Source: Acutalibacteraceae bacterium (GTDB lineage Bacteria > Bacillota > Clostridia > Oscillospirales > Acutalibacteraceae). Taken from it: a stretch of DNA of 64,000 nucleotides. Shown in pieces: positions 51,189 through 59,875 of the stretch. Position 1 is the first letter of the stretch, and every line of letters begins with the position of its first letter. Below the pieces are notes generated by a model. It was not told the origin of the DNA. It did not search any database and saw nothing but the letters and a program-made list of their open reading frames with translations. Location of the stretch: NCBI GenBank assembly GCA_045591645.1, contig JAZNTG010000001.1, positions 942 through 64,941 on the forward strand, given 5' to 3'. A program made the position numbers and the translations under genes.

Positions 51189-52109
51189 TTAGTCAAGGCC
51201 GAAGCCGTGAATAAGTCCCTGACGGTTTCTCCAGTCCTCCTTGACCTTGACCCAAAGCTTGACCGAAGCTTTTATTCCGTAAAATTTTTCAATATCCATA
51301 CGGGCAGACGAGCCTATCTTTTTAAGCATCTCTCCGCTCTTGCCGATAATAATTCCTTTATGGGAATTTTTTTCGCAATAAATAGTCGCTTCAACCTCTA
51401 ATATCGGCTCGCCACTTGCAGTATCACGCTCATACATACGCTCGATATCAACAGCTATTCCGTGCGGCACCTCACGGTCAAGCGAACGAAGAAGCTTTTC
51501 GCGTATCATTTCAGCAACCATAGACTGCTCACTCTGATCTGTGACATCCTCAGAGTCAAAATAGTGAACAGACGGTTTAAGCCATTTTGAGGCTTCTTGT
51601 GTAATTATTTTAATACCGTCGCCGGTTTTTGCCGATACAGGTATTACAGCCTCAAAATCAAGATGTCTTGAATATGCCGAAATAACGCTGAGCATTTCAG
51701 ATTTATCCTCTAATAAATCAATTTTGTTGATAAGAAGCACGCATTTAAGCTCCCTCTTCTTTATCTCCTTGATCAGCTCTACCTCGGCAGCAGGAAGATT
51801 TTCGGGATCAAACTGAAACTTAGGCTTTGCTTCTACAACAAGCATTACACCGTCAACATCCGAAAGTCCGCTGCCAACCGCCTTTATCATATTTTCACCA
51901 AGTATATTTCTGGGTTTATGAAAGCCAGGGGTATCAACAAAAACAAACTGCGCTGCACCTTCTGTCCTTACACCCATTATTCTTGTGCGAGTGGTCTGCG
52001 GCTTGTCCGATACTATTGCTATCTTCTGACCGAGCACACGGTTAATAAGAGAGGACTTTCCCACATTGGGACGCCCTACTATTGCTATAAACGCTGATTT
52101 CGTGTTCAT
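51189..52109 (-). CDS. era: GTPase Era
   Basis: GRPNVGKSS, DTPG and NKID motifs plus a C-terminal KH domain. Confidence 0.96.
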   Translation of the reverse strand: MNTKSAFIAIVGRPNVGKSSLINRVLGQKIAIVSDKPQTTRTRIMGVRTEGAAQFVFVDTPGFHKPRNILGENMIKAVGSGLSDVDGVMLVVEAKPKFQFDPENLPAAEVELIKEIKKRELKCVLLINKIDLLEDKSEMLSVISAYSRHLDFEAVIPVSAKTGDGIKIITQEASKWLKPSVHYFDSEDVTDQSEQSMVAEMIREKLLRSLDREVPHGIAVDIERMYERDTASGEPILEVEATIYCEKNSHKGIIIGKSGEMLKKIGSSARMDIEKFYGIKASVKLWVKVKEDWRNRQGLIHGFGLD

Positions 52110-52591
52110 TAATCTTCCTCACTTTTAATGTCAAGCCCCAAAAGCTTCAAAGCCTGTTCTTCCTTTTTGCGCATTATCTTCTTTTCTTCTGCTTCATCAA
52201 TATGGTCGTAGCCTAATAGATGTAAAACCGAATGTACAGTGAGATATGCTATTTCTCTTTCAATACTGTGTCCGAATTCCTCTGCCTGCTTTACAGCGTG
52301 CTCAACCGATATAACAACATCGCCAAGCATAGCACAGTCGTTTTCGGGATTAATATCATACTCACCGTTTTCACCGAGCGGAAAGGATAGAACATCGGTA
52401 GACCTGTCAATATTCCTAAACTGACTGTTAAGCGTCTTGATCTCGTTATCGTCAACAAGCGTAACATTAATTTCGGCGTTATTAATAAAATCTTCAATTT
52501 TAAGCACTGCATTACAAGCCGAATTAATAAGACTTTGTGCATCAGCCGACAGCTTTACATCCTGTTCATCCGAAAAATTTATTATGTGCAT
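52109..52591 (-). CDS. ybeY: rRNA maturation RNase YbeY
   Basis: HSVLHLLGYDH zinc motif. Confidence 0.95.
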   Translation of the reverse strand: MHIINFSDEQDVKLSADAQSLINSACNAVLKIEDFINNAEINVTLVDDNEIKTLNSQFRNIDRSTDVLSFPLGENGEYDINPENDCAMLGDVVISVEHAVKQAEEFGHSIEREIAYLTVHSVLHLLGYDHIDEAEEKKIMRKKEEQALKLLGLDIKSEED

Positions 52592-53565
52592 TATTTCTTA
52601 TTCCTTTGTGCTTCTTTTTTTTCGTACGCGTTAATTATACTCTGAACAAGCTTATGCCTTACAACATCTTTAGCCGAGAGCCTGATTATAGAAATATCCT
52701 CAATATTTTTGAGAACAGATACAGCATCCGTAAGACCCGATTTTTTACCGCCCGGCAGGTCTATCTGAGTGATATCACCTGTAACAACGACCTTTGAATT
52801 AAAGCCGAGACGTGTCAAGAACATTTTCATTTGCTCGGGCGTGGTGTTCTGAGCCTCATCAAGAATTATAAAGCTGTCGTCAAGGGTTCTGCCGCGCATA
52901 TAGGCAAGCGGTGCAACCTCGATATCTCCGCGCTCCTGACAGCGCTTGAAGTTTTCTGCTCCAAGCATATCAAAAAGAGCATCATAAAGCGGTCTGAGAT
53001 ATGGATCGACCTTTTGCTGAAGGTCTCCCGGTAAAAAGCCTAGGCTCTCACCTGCTTCCACTGCAGGTCGGGTCAATATTATTCTGTTTATCTCCTTAGC
53101 TCTGAAAGCCTTAACCGCCATAGCAACAGCCAGATAGGTCTTACCTGTGCCTGCAGGTCCGATAGCAATGGTGACCGTATTAGCCTTGATAGCATCGAGA
53201 TATCTTTTTTGTCCGAGAGTCTTTGCCTTTATCGGCTTACCCTTGGACGTAACACAAACGCAGTCGGAATGAGCATAATTCGAAATCTTATCCTCTTCAC
53301 CGTCCGAAACAAGAGAAATAACATAATCAATGCTCTGGTCGTTCAGCTGCTCTCCGTTATTGATAAGCGCGAGAAGCCCGTTAACTGCACGAACAGCGCC
53401 CGAAACCTGCTCAGGCTCACCCTTTATTCTGATATAACTTCCGTGAGATGTGACCGAGACAGAATAATGCTTTTCTATCTTCAGAATGTTTTCATCGAAG
53501 CTTCCGAAAAGGGTCACTATCTGCTCCATTCTTTCAATACTTATGATCTCTTCCGTAATTTTCAC
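52591..53565 (-). CDS. phoH: PhoH-family ATPase
   Basis: GPAGTGKTY Walker A and ILDEAQN Walker B. Confidence 0.93.
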   Translation of the reverse strand: MKITEEIISIERMEQIVTLFGSFDENILKIEKHYSVSVTSHGSYIRIKGEPEQVSGAVRAVNGLLALINNGEQLNDQSIDYVISLVSDGEEDKISNYAHSDCVCVTSKGKPIKAKTLGQKRYLDAIKANTVTIAIGPAGTGKTYLAVAMAVKAFRAKEINRIILTRPAVEAGESLGFLPGDLQQKVDPYLRPLYDALFDMLGAENFKRCQERGDIEVAPLAYMRGRTLDDSFIILDEAQNTTPEQMKMFLTRLGFNSKVVVTGDITQIDLPGGKKSGLTDAVSVLKNIEDISIIRLSAKDVVRHKLVQSIINAYEKKEAQRNKK

Positions 53566-53619
53566 CGTGCCTTTTAAATATTCTTTTACATTATAACATA
53601 TCTTTTACATTTTTTCAAT

Positions 53620-54792
53620 TTAACTTGCAACATTTATTTTTTGTAATTGAGCAATATTTTCAAGGCACCTGCAATCGAAAATAATAATGTAATTATTTGC
53701 ATCCTCAGATAATGTGTGATCGAGTATATACAGCTCGCTCATCTCGTACTTTTTAATTTCTTCCAACAGCTTTGCTACAGCGTCATTCATAACCTCTTCC
53801 CGACTGCGTTGGATATTTTGGTATTCAACCTCTATAAATCTACGCTTTATTATATTAATGGGCAATTCACCGCCGAAAAACCGCACTTTATCCATCACAA
53901 GCTCAGACTGATAGCTGAAATGCAGAGAATCCAGATATATCGGGAGCTTGAACCCAAAAAGATCTATAACGCTTCTTTCAGTAACATATCCGCTCTTCTT
54001 TGCAACAGTTTTTATTTTCGGAAGTGTTATTGTAACCGACTTACTCGTTTCAGCAAATACTTTACCCTCAGAATAGGTAAACCGCTGTGAATTCAGTTCA
54101 GGAGCACCTGAGACAAGAACCTCGCCCTTTCTTACCACTGTTCCGACATTGACAATTTTATTGCCTGATATAATATCGATGCTTTTTATGATCCCGTCAG
54201 TTACTGCAACAAGGTTTGAATACTCGTTTTTACCTGTCTTATCGTACTCATTAACCTCTGTAACATTAACCGTCAGCTTTGTTCCCTCCAGATTAAAGGA
54301 GCACCATGATATATCGCGTATCAGCAGCGGCAATCTGTCTCTCAGGGCATATGAATCAAGCTCTGAACGCGGCATTCCGCTGTGCACTCCGAGCTGTGTA
54401 TATGCGCTGATAATTGCTTGGTCGGATATTGTTTTATTGCCTACGATCTCAATTTGCCAGATAAACTGAGAAAAGGCAAACAGCACGGCACAAAAAACAG
54501 CAACGCCCACCGCCAAGCTTTTTCTTTTGCTTATAAATAATATTTTTTTCGGCAGTCCGATAAAAGCAGTGTGAAAAATCTTGATCTTATGACCAAACTC
54601 TCGGCGAAGCTTTCGAACATTCTTATAATCCGACAGTGACATATTCAAAAGAATATTTCCGTTTTCTCTTACTACACTCCATACTGAAATTTTATTTTTA
54701 AGGCAAAAGTTTAAAAACGCGGCATCGCTATCGCCCGTAAGCTTCACGGTAACATAACCGCAAAGCCAGCGTATGATCTTAAGAATATTCAT
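53620..54792 (-). CDS. yqfD: Sporulation protein YqfD
   Basis: 390 aa, one central TM helix, and the position yqfC-yqfD-phoH conserved in spore formers. Confidence 0.75.
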   Translation of the reverse strand: MNILKIIRWLCGYVTVKLTGDSDAAFLNFCLKNKISVWSVVRENGNILLNMSLSDYKNVRKLRREFGHKIKIFHTAFIGLPKKILFISKRKSLAVGVAVFCAVLFAFSQFIWQIEIVGNKTISDQAIISAYTQLGVHSGMPRSELDSYALRDRLPLLIRDISWCSFNLEGTKLTVNVTEVNEYDKTGKNEYSNLVAVTDGIIKSIDIISGNKIVNVGTVVRKGEVLVSGAPELNSQRFTYSEGKVFAETSKSVTITLPKIKTVAKKSGYVTERSVIDLFGFKLPIYLDSLHFSYQSELVMDKVRFFGGELPINIIKRRFIEVEYQNIQRSREEVMNDAVAKLLEEIKKYEMSELYILDHTLSEDANNYIIIFDCRCLENIAQLQKINVAS

Positions 54793-54798
54793 AGCTTT

Positions 54799-55086
54799 TT
54801 AACCCTCAAACTCAATACTTATAATATGACCGAAAATTACAATATGCACATCAGTTACCGTACCGATACCCAGCTCGCGTCCCAGAATCTGCAGAGTGCC
54901 TTTTTTTAACTTTAGACAAATAAGCTCGCTTGTGTATTCCATAACAGAAAAACTTCCGTCGAGCAGAAGACGCTTATTGGAAAACATCTCAATATGTATT
55001 TGATTACCCACCGCTAAATACGGAAGCTCAGACGCATAGATATCGCTTAAAATATCATTCTTCCTTTTTTCCGACACAAAAATCAC
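54799..55086 (-). CDS. yqfC: YabP/YqfC-family sporulation protein
   Basis: About 93 aa with a YabP-like beta-rich sequence, upstream of yqfD. The start codon is uncertain (GTG at 55086 or 55077). Confidence 0.7.
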   Translation of the reverse strand: MIFVSEKRKNDILSDIYASELPYLAVGNQIHIEMFSNKRLLLDGSFSVMEYTSELICLKLKKGTLQILGRELGIGTVTDVHIVIFGHIISIEFEG

Positions 55087-55155
55087 GCTCCGATAGAGTA
55101 TATGATTTCCGTGCTAATATAATGCTGCTTTACATATATTTAACAAGGTGATAAT

Positions 55156-56205
55156 ATGAGGACTCAACGCATAATTTCAGGAGCTTTTGCACTAATAATT
55201 CTTGCTGGCTTTATAGCCCGTCCGTCCGAGCTTATACAGGGCGCAACAAAGGGATTGCTTATCTGCGCAGACGTGATTGTGCCCTCGCTCTTTCCCTTCA
55301 CAGCCGTTTCTATATTTCTTTTCAGCTGTGGATTTATGAGGTATGTAGAAAAAGCTATAAATCCAGTTACAAAAAGAATTTTGGGTCTGAATGGCAGTGC
55401 ATTCTGCGTTGTTTTAATGTCCTTTGCAGGCGGCTTTCCCGTAGGTGCGAGATTAATAGACGAGCTAGCGGCAAAAAAATCTATCAGCGAAAATACAGCG
55501 AGGAGAATGCTCTGCTACTGTGTTAATCCTGGACCTGCCTTTGTTATTATCGGAATAGGTCAGACCCTTTTAAATAATCAGGTAGTTGGTGTCATACTCT
55601 ATTTTTCAAATATTCTGTCATCGCTTATTCTTTGTATTATACTCTCCTTTAAAGAGCGAAAAGAAAAAAGACAGAGCTCATACAGGAAAAGCAATACAGA
55701 AAGCGTTTCGGATATTTTTGTAAGATCAGTTTCAGATGCGTCCTCATCGATAATAGGAATATGCGGCTTTGTAATTCTCTTTTCAACATTAATTCAAATT
55801 TTATCAAGCATATCTCAAAACGAGCTCACAGACCGTATATCAGCACTTATGGAAATAAGCAACGGAACGGTGCTGTTCTCGAAAAATATTGTGTATTTAT
55901 CTTTTTTGACCTCATTTTCAGGCTTTTGCGTACATATGCAGATACTAACTGTGTGCAAGAATTTCAAAGTCAGATATCTTACGTTTTTAATATCTCGTAT
56001 AATCAGCGGTCTGCTGAGTATGTCGATAACAACTCTGTTTTTAAAAATTTTCCGCATTTCTGTACCCGTCATATCCTTGAACAGAAATCTCTTCGATAAT
56101 CTAAGCGGTGTGTCGCTTCCCCTCTCAGCCGCACTGATATTTATGTCGGTAACGCTTTTAATATCGCTCAAACAAAATAATGTGGAAAAATGTAAAAGAA
56201 TGTGA
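55156..56205 (+). CDS. Sporulation integral membrane protein YlbJ-like (nucleoside-recognition/Gate domains)
   Basis: 349 aa multi-TM protein with a VIVPSLFPF motif typical of YlbJ. Confidence 0.6.
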   Translation: MRTQRIISGAFALIILAGFIARPSELIQGATKGLLICADVIVPSLFPFTAVSIFLFSCGFMRYVEKAINPVTKRILGLNGSAFCVVLMSFAGGFPVGARLIDELAAKKSISENTARRMLCYCVNPGPAFVIIGIGQTLLNNQVVGVILYFSNILSSLILCIILSFKERKEKRQSSYRKSNTESVSDIFVRSVSDASSSIIGICGFVILFSTLIQILSSISQNELTDRISALMEISNGTVLFSKNIVYLSFLTSFSGFCVHMQILTVCKNFKVRYLTFLISRIISGLLSMSITTLFLKIFRISVPVISLNRNLFDNLSGVSLPLSAALIFMSVTLLISLKQNNVEKCKRM

Positions 56206-56234
56206 TATACTTTAGTAAAGAAACGAGGGATGAT

Positions 56235-56450
56235 ATGAAAAAGCTTGTATTTAATAAAAAACAAGAAAAATACTGTATGTATTGCAGATTCGGTCAGTAT
56301 CTTGAATATTCAGATGAGGTTTTTTGCACTAAAAAGGGCTTTGTCAATAAATTCGGCAAATGTATGAAATATAAATATGATGCTCTTAAGCGTATTCCAA
56401 AAGTATCTGACGTCAGCTCAAATTTCAAAAAAGAAGATTTTATTATATAA
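56235..56450 (+). CDS. Small Cys-containing hypothetical protein (71 aa)
   Basis: ATG 56235 after GAGGGA. CMYC...C...C pattern with a basic C-terminus. Confidence 0.5.
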   Translation: MKKLVFNKKQEKYCMYCRFGQYLEYSDEVFCTKKGFVNKFGKCMKYKYDALKRIPKVSDVSSNFKKEDFII

Positions 56451-56496
56451 CAATAATGCTTTAATAAAAATATTTTATTTCGATGCAATTTTTGTA

Positions 56497-56525
56497 TTGA
56501 CAAATACCGATATTGTCGATATAAT
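56497..56525 (+). promoter_or_regulatory. Consensus sigma-70 promoter for tRNA-His/tRNA-Gln
   Basis: TTGACA, 17 nt, TATAAT. Confidence 0.7.
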
Positions 56526-56538
56526 ATTGCTCGTCCAC

Positions 56539-56616
<78 letters not shown>

Positions 56617-56642
56617 CTTTTTTTATACCTAAAATTCAATAC

Positions 56643-56717
56643 AGGGGTGTCGTCAAGCGGTAAGACAACGGATTTTGATTCCGTCATTCGTAGGTTCGAA
56701 TCCTGCCACCCCTGCCA
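56643..56717 (+). tRNA. tRNA-Gln (anticodon TTG)
   Basis: AGGGGTG/CACCCCT acceptor, ACGGA-TTTTGAT-TCCGT anticodon arm, and CCA. Confidence 0.92.
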
Positions 56718-56718
56718 G

Positions 56719-56750
56719 AAAAACCGACTTGTTTCGACAAGTCGGTTTTT
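56719..56750 (+). terminator. Intrinsic terminator after tRNA-Gln
   Basis: aaaaccgacttg-tttcga-caagtcggttttt. Confidence 0.75.
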
Positions 56751-56921
56751 CAACTAAATCCACCCTTACGGGTGGGTGAAATATTGCTTCGCAATGTGAA
56801 ATACCTGTGGGCATGAGTGGATCTATTTCATTTCACCTTCTGCGTTGGCATAAAATTTCACAATTTAAAGAAGGATTACATGCAATAGAATTCATCAATA
56901 CACCACCCATTAATACAAAAC

Positions 56922-56948
56922 ACCCGACTTCCTTATCAGAAGTCGGGT
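56922..56948 (-). terminator. Terminator of the MBL-fold gene
   Basis: acccgacttc...gaagtcgggt, with a T-rich tract on the minus strand. Confidence 0.6.
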
Positions 56949-56966
56949 CTGTCTTTTATGTTTACA

Positions 56967-58013
56967 TTATTTATATTCAATAGATAAATCTTCCATATTG
57001 ACAGTTACTGTTTTTGAATGATGGAATATCTCCGCACCTGAATCATTAATTAAATAATAATTTTCAGCCCATTTTCTATCATTGTAAAATTCATCAGCCT
57101 TTAAATTTTTTTCAGATATAGGGATAAAAACTATCTGCGGATTTAATTGTTCATAGCATGTTTTGAGTTCTAATGCTTCCTCAGCAGTGGCAAGTGAACG
57201 ACCGTGGTGCGGAGTTTGGTAAATATCGCACTTCAGATCCTCAAGAGGTCGATAAACGGAAGAGTTTTTATCAAACAGCTGCAAAAGTCTATTATGGTCG
57301 GTATCGCCTGTAACAAGGAATGACTTGCCGGTATCAAAATTCATTTTGAAAACAGCCGAAATATTGTTAGGTCTTGTATCTTCGTTGCTATTAAGATTGC
57401 TTGAGGTTAACAATGTATCAACCGTACAATGCGGAAATTCTATCTTCTCACCGGTTATAAGATAGTGCCTTTCAGCATTCGGATATGCGTTCATAGCGCC
57501 TTCAAGCAAGTCTTCCATTGCTGTTTGACGATCTTCATAGTCATCTCCACCGGGAGAATTTATGTAAAATGCTCTTACGTCCAATCTGTCAGCTTGTTCT
57601 TTAAGGAACTCTGCAGCGCACTCAACATGATCATTATGAAAATGTGTGAAGAACCAACCTAGAATAACGGGTTTTTCACCTTTTGTGGTTCGGTCAAATA
57701 AATACTTAAACAGGACATTGGAGTGTTTAGAATAAAATTGATTGCCCTGACCACCGTCAATGATTATAAAGCCTTGGTTACGAAGAGTTATAACGTAGGA
57801 CATTCCACCTGTTCCGGGAACTAATTCAAGCTGAGCTACTGATAAAGGATTGTTTACTTTTTCGACTTCTTCTTGTTTGCTTTCTGAACTAATTTCACTG
57901 TTCAAACCGGAAGACACAGTTGAACTATCGGTATTGTCTTTTCCGCCGTTGCAGCCCGAAGTGCCAAGTAAAACACTAATAACTAAAAAAAGTGATATTA
58001 ATATATTTTTCAT
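56967..58013 (-). CDS. MBL-fold metallo-hydrolase lipoprotein
   Basis: Lipobox LGTSGC, HFHNDH (HxHxDH) motif and a later TPHHG. Confidence 0.75.
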   Translation of the reverse strand: MKNILISLFLVISVLLGTSGCNGGKDNTDSSTVSSGLNSEISSESKQEEVEKVNNPLSVAQLELVPGTGGMSYVITLRNQGFIIIDGGQGNQFYSKHSNVLFKYLFDRTTKGEKPVILGWFFTHFHNDHVECAAEFLKEQADRLDVRAFYINSPGGDDYEDRQTAMEDLLEGAMNAYPNAERHYLITGEKIEFPHCTVDTLLTSSNLNSNEDTRPNNISAVFKMNFDTGKSFLVTGDTDHNRLLQLFDKNSSVYRPLEDLKCDIYQTPHHGRSLATAEEALELKTCYEQLNPQIVFIPISEKNLKADEFYNDRKWAENYYLINDSGAEIFHHSKTVTVNMEDLSIEYK

Positions 58014-58354
58014 TTCAAATACATCTCCCAGTTTATAAATATTGTTTTATCATTCGCTGTTTAATTCGCAAGATATGCTTTGATAACCTCTAGCTCATAT
58101 CCAGCATTATTTTTAGATTGAATTAATTAAGCGCTTAAAATTTCAATAAAATATATTTAACTATTTCAAATTAATATTACGCAATGCTTTTTGCTTAAAA
58201 TATATAACCTCCTTAATGTTTTTTAAAATATTTTTACTGAGACTTGCTAATAATAAATATACATTAGACCTATTTAAAAAGCAATTACAATAATTTTCAA
58301 AATAGATTGCAAAAATTATCTCGAAGTGATATAAGCAGAGAAGGAGTAAGACTT

Positions 58355-58389
58355 AAAAAAGAACCGACTATTCAGTCGGTTCTTTTTTT
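58355..58389. terminator. Hairpin overlapping the SulP stop codon
   Basis: aaaaaagaaccgact-attc-agtcggttctttttt. Confidence 0.6.
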
Positions 58390-59654
58390 AATGCCTTTTT
58401 AATTATCAGGATTGAAAAATGAACTATTAATCCTACCACGATGGCGATAACCAAATCAAATATGACTGTGAGCACAAAGGTAAGAATAAGAACAATTATA
58501 TTGGTAATATTCTTAGCTTTCAGGATATCTGCAAATTTCTTATATTCACTCATATTATAGGCAACCATAAACAGAATGGCTGCAATTGCAGGCATCGGTA
58601 TCAGCTCTGCATAAGGCATAAGAAACAAAAGCACAAACAGTAAAACGATAGCGTGAACCATTCCCGCAACCGGTGTTCTGCCACCGTTCTTGGCGTTTGC
58701 AGAGGTTCGTGCAATAGCGCCTGTCGCAGGTATTCCACCGAATAGGACTGATGCGATATTTCCGAGTCCCTGACCTACAAGCTCGGCATTTGAGTTGTGC
58801 TTGGAGTTGACCATATTATCAGCAACAACACAGGACAAAAGCGATTCAATCGCTGCAAGTATTGCGATAGTAAATGCATCGGGTATGACAGCTGCTATCT
58901 TCTCCGGGCTAAGGTCCATTCCTGCAAAATCAACCTTAGGCAATCCCGTAGGAATATTGTAAAGCTCCCCTATCGTTTTTACACCATCGCCAAGCATCGG
59001 TACAAAAGCTACCAGCAAAGCGCCGACTATAACTGCTATAAGTGACGGCGGAACGCGCTTTTCAACCTTGGGATAAAATATAAGTATTGCGAGGCAAACT
59101 ACTCCTATAAGTAATGACTGCCAGCTAAAGGTGTCTAAAGAATGTATATTTGCTTCTATCTTTTCAATAGTTTCTATCGGCTTTACACCTTCTGCATATG
59201 TAAGCCCTAAAAAGTCCTTTATCTGACCGATCAGAATAGTAACTGCGATACCTGAGGTAAAACCAACTGTTATGGTATTAGGTATAAATCTAATAAGCGA
59301 GCCGAACTTAAATATACCCATCAAAACAAGGATAATTCCTGCCAGAACGGTTGCAATAAATAAACCGTCCATACCCTGCGCCGCAACTATCCCTGCGACA
59401 ATGGTTGCAAAGGCGGCGGTGGGTCCCGCTATCTGAATACGGCTACCGCCAAAAAGCGATACTACAAATCCCGCTGCTATTGCAGTATAGATACCGCAGG
59501 CAGGCTCAACACCTGAGGCGAGCGCTAGCGCGATAGAAAGCGGTAAAGCAATTATCGCAACGATAATGCCCGCAACAACATCCTTAAAAAACTGCTCCTT
59601 AGAATAGCTTTTCATAACCGAAAAGAATTTTGGTTTCAAATAAAATTCCGTCAC
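58368..59654 (-). CDS. SulP-family anion transporter, transmembrane core only (no STAS domain)
   Basis: The N-terminus DVVAGIIVAIIALPLSIALALASGV is typical SulP. At 428 aa it ends right after the last TM helix. The start codon is uncertain. Confidence 0.8.
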   Translation of the reverse strand: MTEFYLKPKFFSVMKSYSKEQFFKDVVAGIIVAIIALPLSIALALASGVEPACGIYTAIAAGFVVSLFGGSRIQIAGPTAAFATIVAGIVAAQGMDGLFIATVLAGIILVLMGIFKFGSLIRFIPNTITVGFTSGIAVTILIGQIKDFLGLTYAEGVKPIETIEKIEANIHSLDTFSWQSLLIGVVCLAILIFYPKVEKRVPPSLIAVIVGALLVAFVPMLGDGVKTIGELYNIPTGLPKVDFAGMDLSPEKIAAVIPDAFTIAILAAIESLLSCVVADNMVNSKHNSNAELVGQGLGNIASVLFGGIPATGAIARTSANAKNGGRTPVAGMVHAIVLLFVLLFLMPYAELIPMPAIAAILFMVAYNMSEYKKFADILKAKNITNIIVLILTFVLTVIFDLVIAIVVGLIVHFSILIIKKALKKEPTE

Positions 59655-59875
59655 TTAAAACTCATCTCTCCTATATAAATTTCAGTATTACTTATTTTAC
59701 CAATACAACAAGCTACTGTAAACAGACAGAATTCACATAAATTCAACTCTTCTGATAGAATGTTTATACTAGTGTGACAAGACTCGAACCTGCCACACTA
59801 AAATACTTCATTTACCTATTGAAAACGAGCAAAATATATATTATACTTATATACAATAAATAATATGGTGATGAG

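Noticed and set aside
36897-53565. Kinase/phosphatase (prkC/stp), MutS2, PhoH and YicC as possible defence or toxin modules
   Set aside because: All sit in gene orders conserved across Firmicutes (priA-def-fmt-rsmB-rlmN-stp-prkC-rsgA and yqfCD-phoH-ybeY-era-recO) and carry housekeeping signatures.
55087-55155. Possible sigma-E-type promoter upstream of yqfC (ATATT ... CATATACT)
   Set aside because: The spacing between the elements is about 11 nt and does not fit the roughly 14-nt consensus I remember. That is too weak to call without TSS data.
56813-56983. 56-codon ORF in the orphan region downstream of tRNA-Gln
   Set aside because: It has no SD, crosses a terminator hairpin, and overlaps the 3' end of the convergent MBL-fold gene.
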